Positions 33,314 to 34,756 of a DNA stretch of 34,756 nt are shown piece after piece (the stretch's first letter is position 1; each line of letters begins with the position of its first letter). The notes under the pieces are model-generated. The model had not been told where the DNA came from and made no database searches. It was given only the letters and a program-made list of their open reading frames with translations. This DNA is from a virus (lineage: Duplodnaviria > Caudoviricetes), in the IMG/VR virus record IMGVR_UViG_3300010271_000143, positions 1 through 34,756 of that record, one strand, 5' to 3'. The translations under genes and the position numbers were made by a program.

Positions 33314-34756
33314 TTGGCATCAATAAGAAAAAGAGGCAAAAACTCATATCAAATTATTGTTTCCTGTGGATACAATATAAACGGTAAAAAGTTAATCAAA
33401 ACAAAAACTGTTAAACGTCCTGCGAATATGACGGACAAGCAATGGGAAAAAGAACTTAATAAGCTTGTTTTAGAATTTGAAATGCAAATTGAAAAGGGTG
33501 TATATTTTGAACCGTCTAAATTTACAGTATCAGACCTTATAACAAAATGGCTCGAAAAACGCGGCAAAGATTTTGCAATTAAAACACTTAGTAGATACGA
33601 ATCAATGCTTAATGGTCGAATCAAAACAGCTTTAGGACATCTAAAACTGGAACAGATAAAACCCTTGCACTTACTTGATTTCTATAGTAATTTACAAGAA
33701 TCCGGTATTAGAGAAGATACAAAATATATAGCAACGCCTGACTTTAAAGAATTAATCAATAGCAATAAAATAAACTCAAAAGAACTTGCAGCAGCTGCTA
33801 ATATGTCCGAAAGAACATTAAAAGGGGTTTTATCCGGAAAATCTACTACAACAGCATATCAAATAACAGTTGCCCTTAAGAAAAAATTCAATACAGATGT
33901 GAAATTTAGTAAGTTGTTTACTCCTGCTTCTCCCCTAAAACCATTAAGTAATAAAACAATACAACATTACCACAGAGTATTAAGCGTAATGTTTAATGAT
34001 GCCGTAAGCTGGGGCATAATGAAAGAAAATCCATGCTCAAAAGTGAAACCTCCAAAAGTAGAACGCAAAGAAATGCAATATTTAGATGAAAAAGAAACAT
34101 ATAAATTACTTAAATGCCTTGAAGCAGAAGATATAAAAACACAAACACTCTTTACGCTTGCATTGGTAACAGGTTGTAGACGCGGAGAACTTTGCGGATT
34201 GCAATGGGAACATATTGACCTAGACAAGGGGCTTATTAATATAAAACAATCGGCTACATACACGGCAAAAACGGGAATTCAAATAAAACAACCAAAAACA
34301 ACATCCTCTATTCGTACAATAAGTATACCAAATTCAACTATACAACTACTTAAGAAATATCGAAAATGGTGGCTTAAACAAAAAATTAGTGTGGGAGATA
34401 TGTGGCAAAAGGAAGATAAAGAGCGCCTGAAAGATGATTGGAAAGATCCTGAATGGGTGTTTACAACTTGGAATGGTTATATAATGCATCCGGACAGCTT
34501 AACGGCCGCATTTAAAGATTTTTTAAGAAAGCATGAGCTGCCTAATATAAGACTTCATGATTTACGCCATACTGCAGCAACAATGTTAGTACATGCCGGA
34601 TTAAATGTTAGAGCTATTGCCTCACGTCTTGGCCATGCTAATCCAAATGTTACCCTTTCAGTATATTCACATACATTACAAAGTGCTGATAAAGAAGCTG
34701 CGAATATGATGGAAAATCTCATAAACAAAAACAAATCAGAAGAAATTAATATTTAA
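33314..34756 (+). CDS. int: Tyrosine integrase (likely start TTG 33314)
   Basis: Arm-binding N-terminus ASIRKRG..YQIIVS; catalytic GCRRGE, HDLRH, LGH, VYSH; RBS AAGGAG. Confidence 0.97.
   Translation: MASIRKRGKNSYQIIVSCGYNINGKKLIKTKTVKRPANMTDKQWEKELNKLVLEFEMQIEKGVYFEPSKFTVSDLITKWLEKRGKDFAIKTLSRYESMLNGRIKTALGHLKLEQIKPLHLLDFYSNLQESGIREDTKYIATPDFKELINSNKINSKELAAAANMSERTLKGVLSGKSTTTAYQITVALKKKFNTDVKFSKLFTPASPLKPLSNKTIQHYHRVLSVMFNDAVSWGIMKENPCSKVKPPKVERKEMQYLDEKETYKLLKCLEAEDIKTQTLFTLALVTGCRRGELCGLQWEHIDLDKGLINIKQSATYTAKTGIQIKQPKTTSSIRTISIPNSTIQLLKKYRKWWLKQKISVGDMWQKEDKERLKDDWKDPEWVFTTWNGYIMHPDSLTAAFKDFLRKHELPNIRLHDLRHTAATMLVHAGLNVRAIASRLGHANPNVTLSVYSHTLQSADKEAANMMENLINKNKSEEINI

Larger units (their letters stand above)
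1..34756. mobile_element. Temperate siphophage / prophage (HK97-type head, long non-contractile tail), Clostridia-like host
   Basis: Canonical module order integrase-lysogeny-replication-packaging-head-tail-lysis; Firmicute-type RBSs (AGGAGG) and sigmaA/sigmaH-like promoters; core genes appear intact. att sites would lie outside the window. Confidence 0.97.

Noticed and set aside
1-34756. Stop-codon reassignment / alternative genetic code
   Set aside because: All core genes are full length under the standard bacterial code, and TAA, TAG and TGA all act as stops.
1-34756. attL/attR sites, tRNA genes, IS elements
   Set aside because: The window starts and ends at stop codons; no terminal direct repeats, cloverleafs or transposase motifs were seen.

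Overview
A seemingly complete ~34.8 kb temperate siphophage/prophage of a low-GC, Clostridia-like Firmicute. The window ends at gene boundaries, so no att sites are visible. Right to left it contains: a tyrosine integrase with an inserted HTH-like domain and an upstream LexA box; a lysogeny cassette (XRE repressor, Zn-ribbon membrane protein, ImmA protease, ComEC-like MBL hydrolase, DUF3006); a cI/cro switch with four GTCAA-N5-TTGAC operators; early and replication genes (Xis-like, CII-like, YqaJ/RecT, initiator, G39P-like loader, DUF1064); a late activator; two morons (an unannotated three-gene small-membrane-protein operon and an Ltp-like superinfection exclusion gene); an HNH/TerS/TerL/portal/protease/HK97 capsid head module; a long non-contractile tail with a -1 frameshift chaperone and two receptor-binding modules; holin and amidase; and an RnlAB-like HEPN toxin-antitoxin pair. 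The most unusual signal is the moron at 22119-22718. There a long-range RNA helix would hide the start codon of a 37-aa toxin-like peptide and place the same Shine-Dalgarno, at identical spacing, in front of an otherwise RBS-less 2-TM gene. All family assignments come from recognising motifs by eye; no database searches were run.
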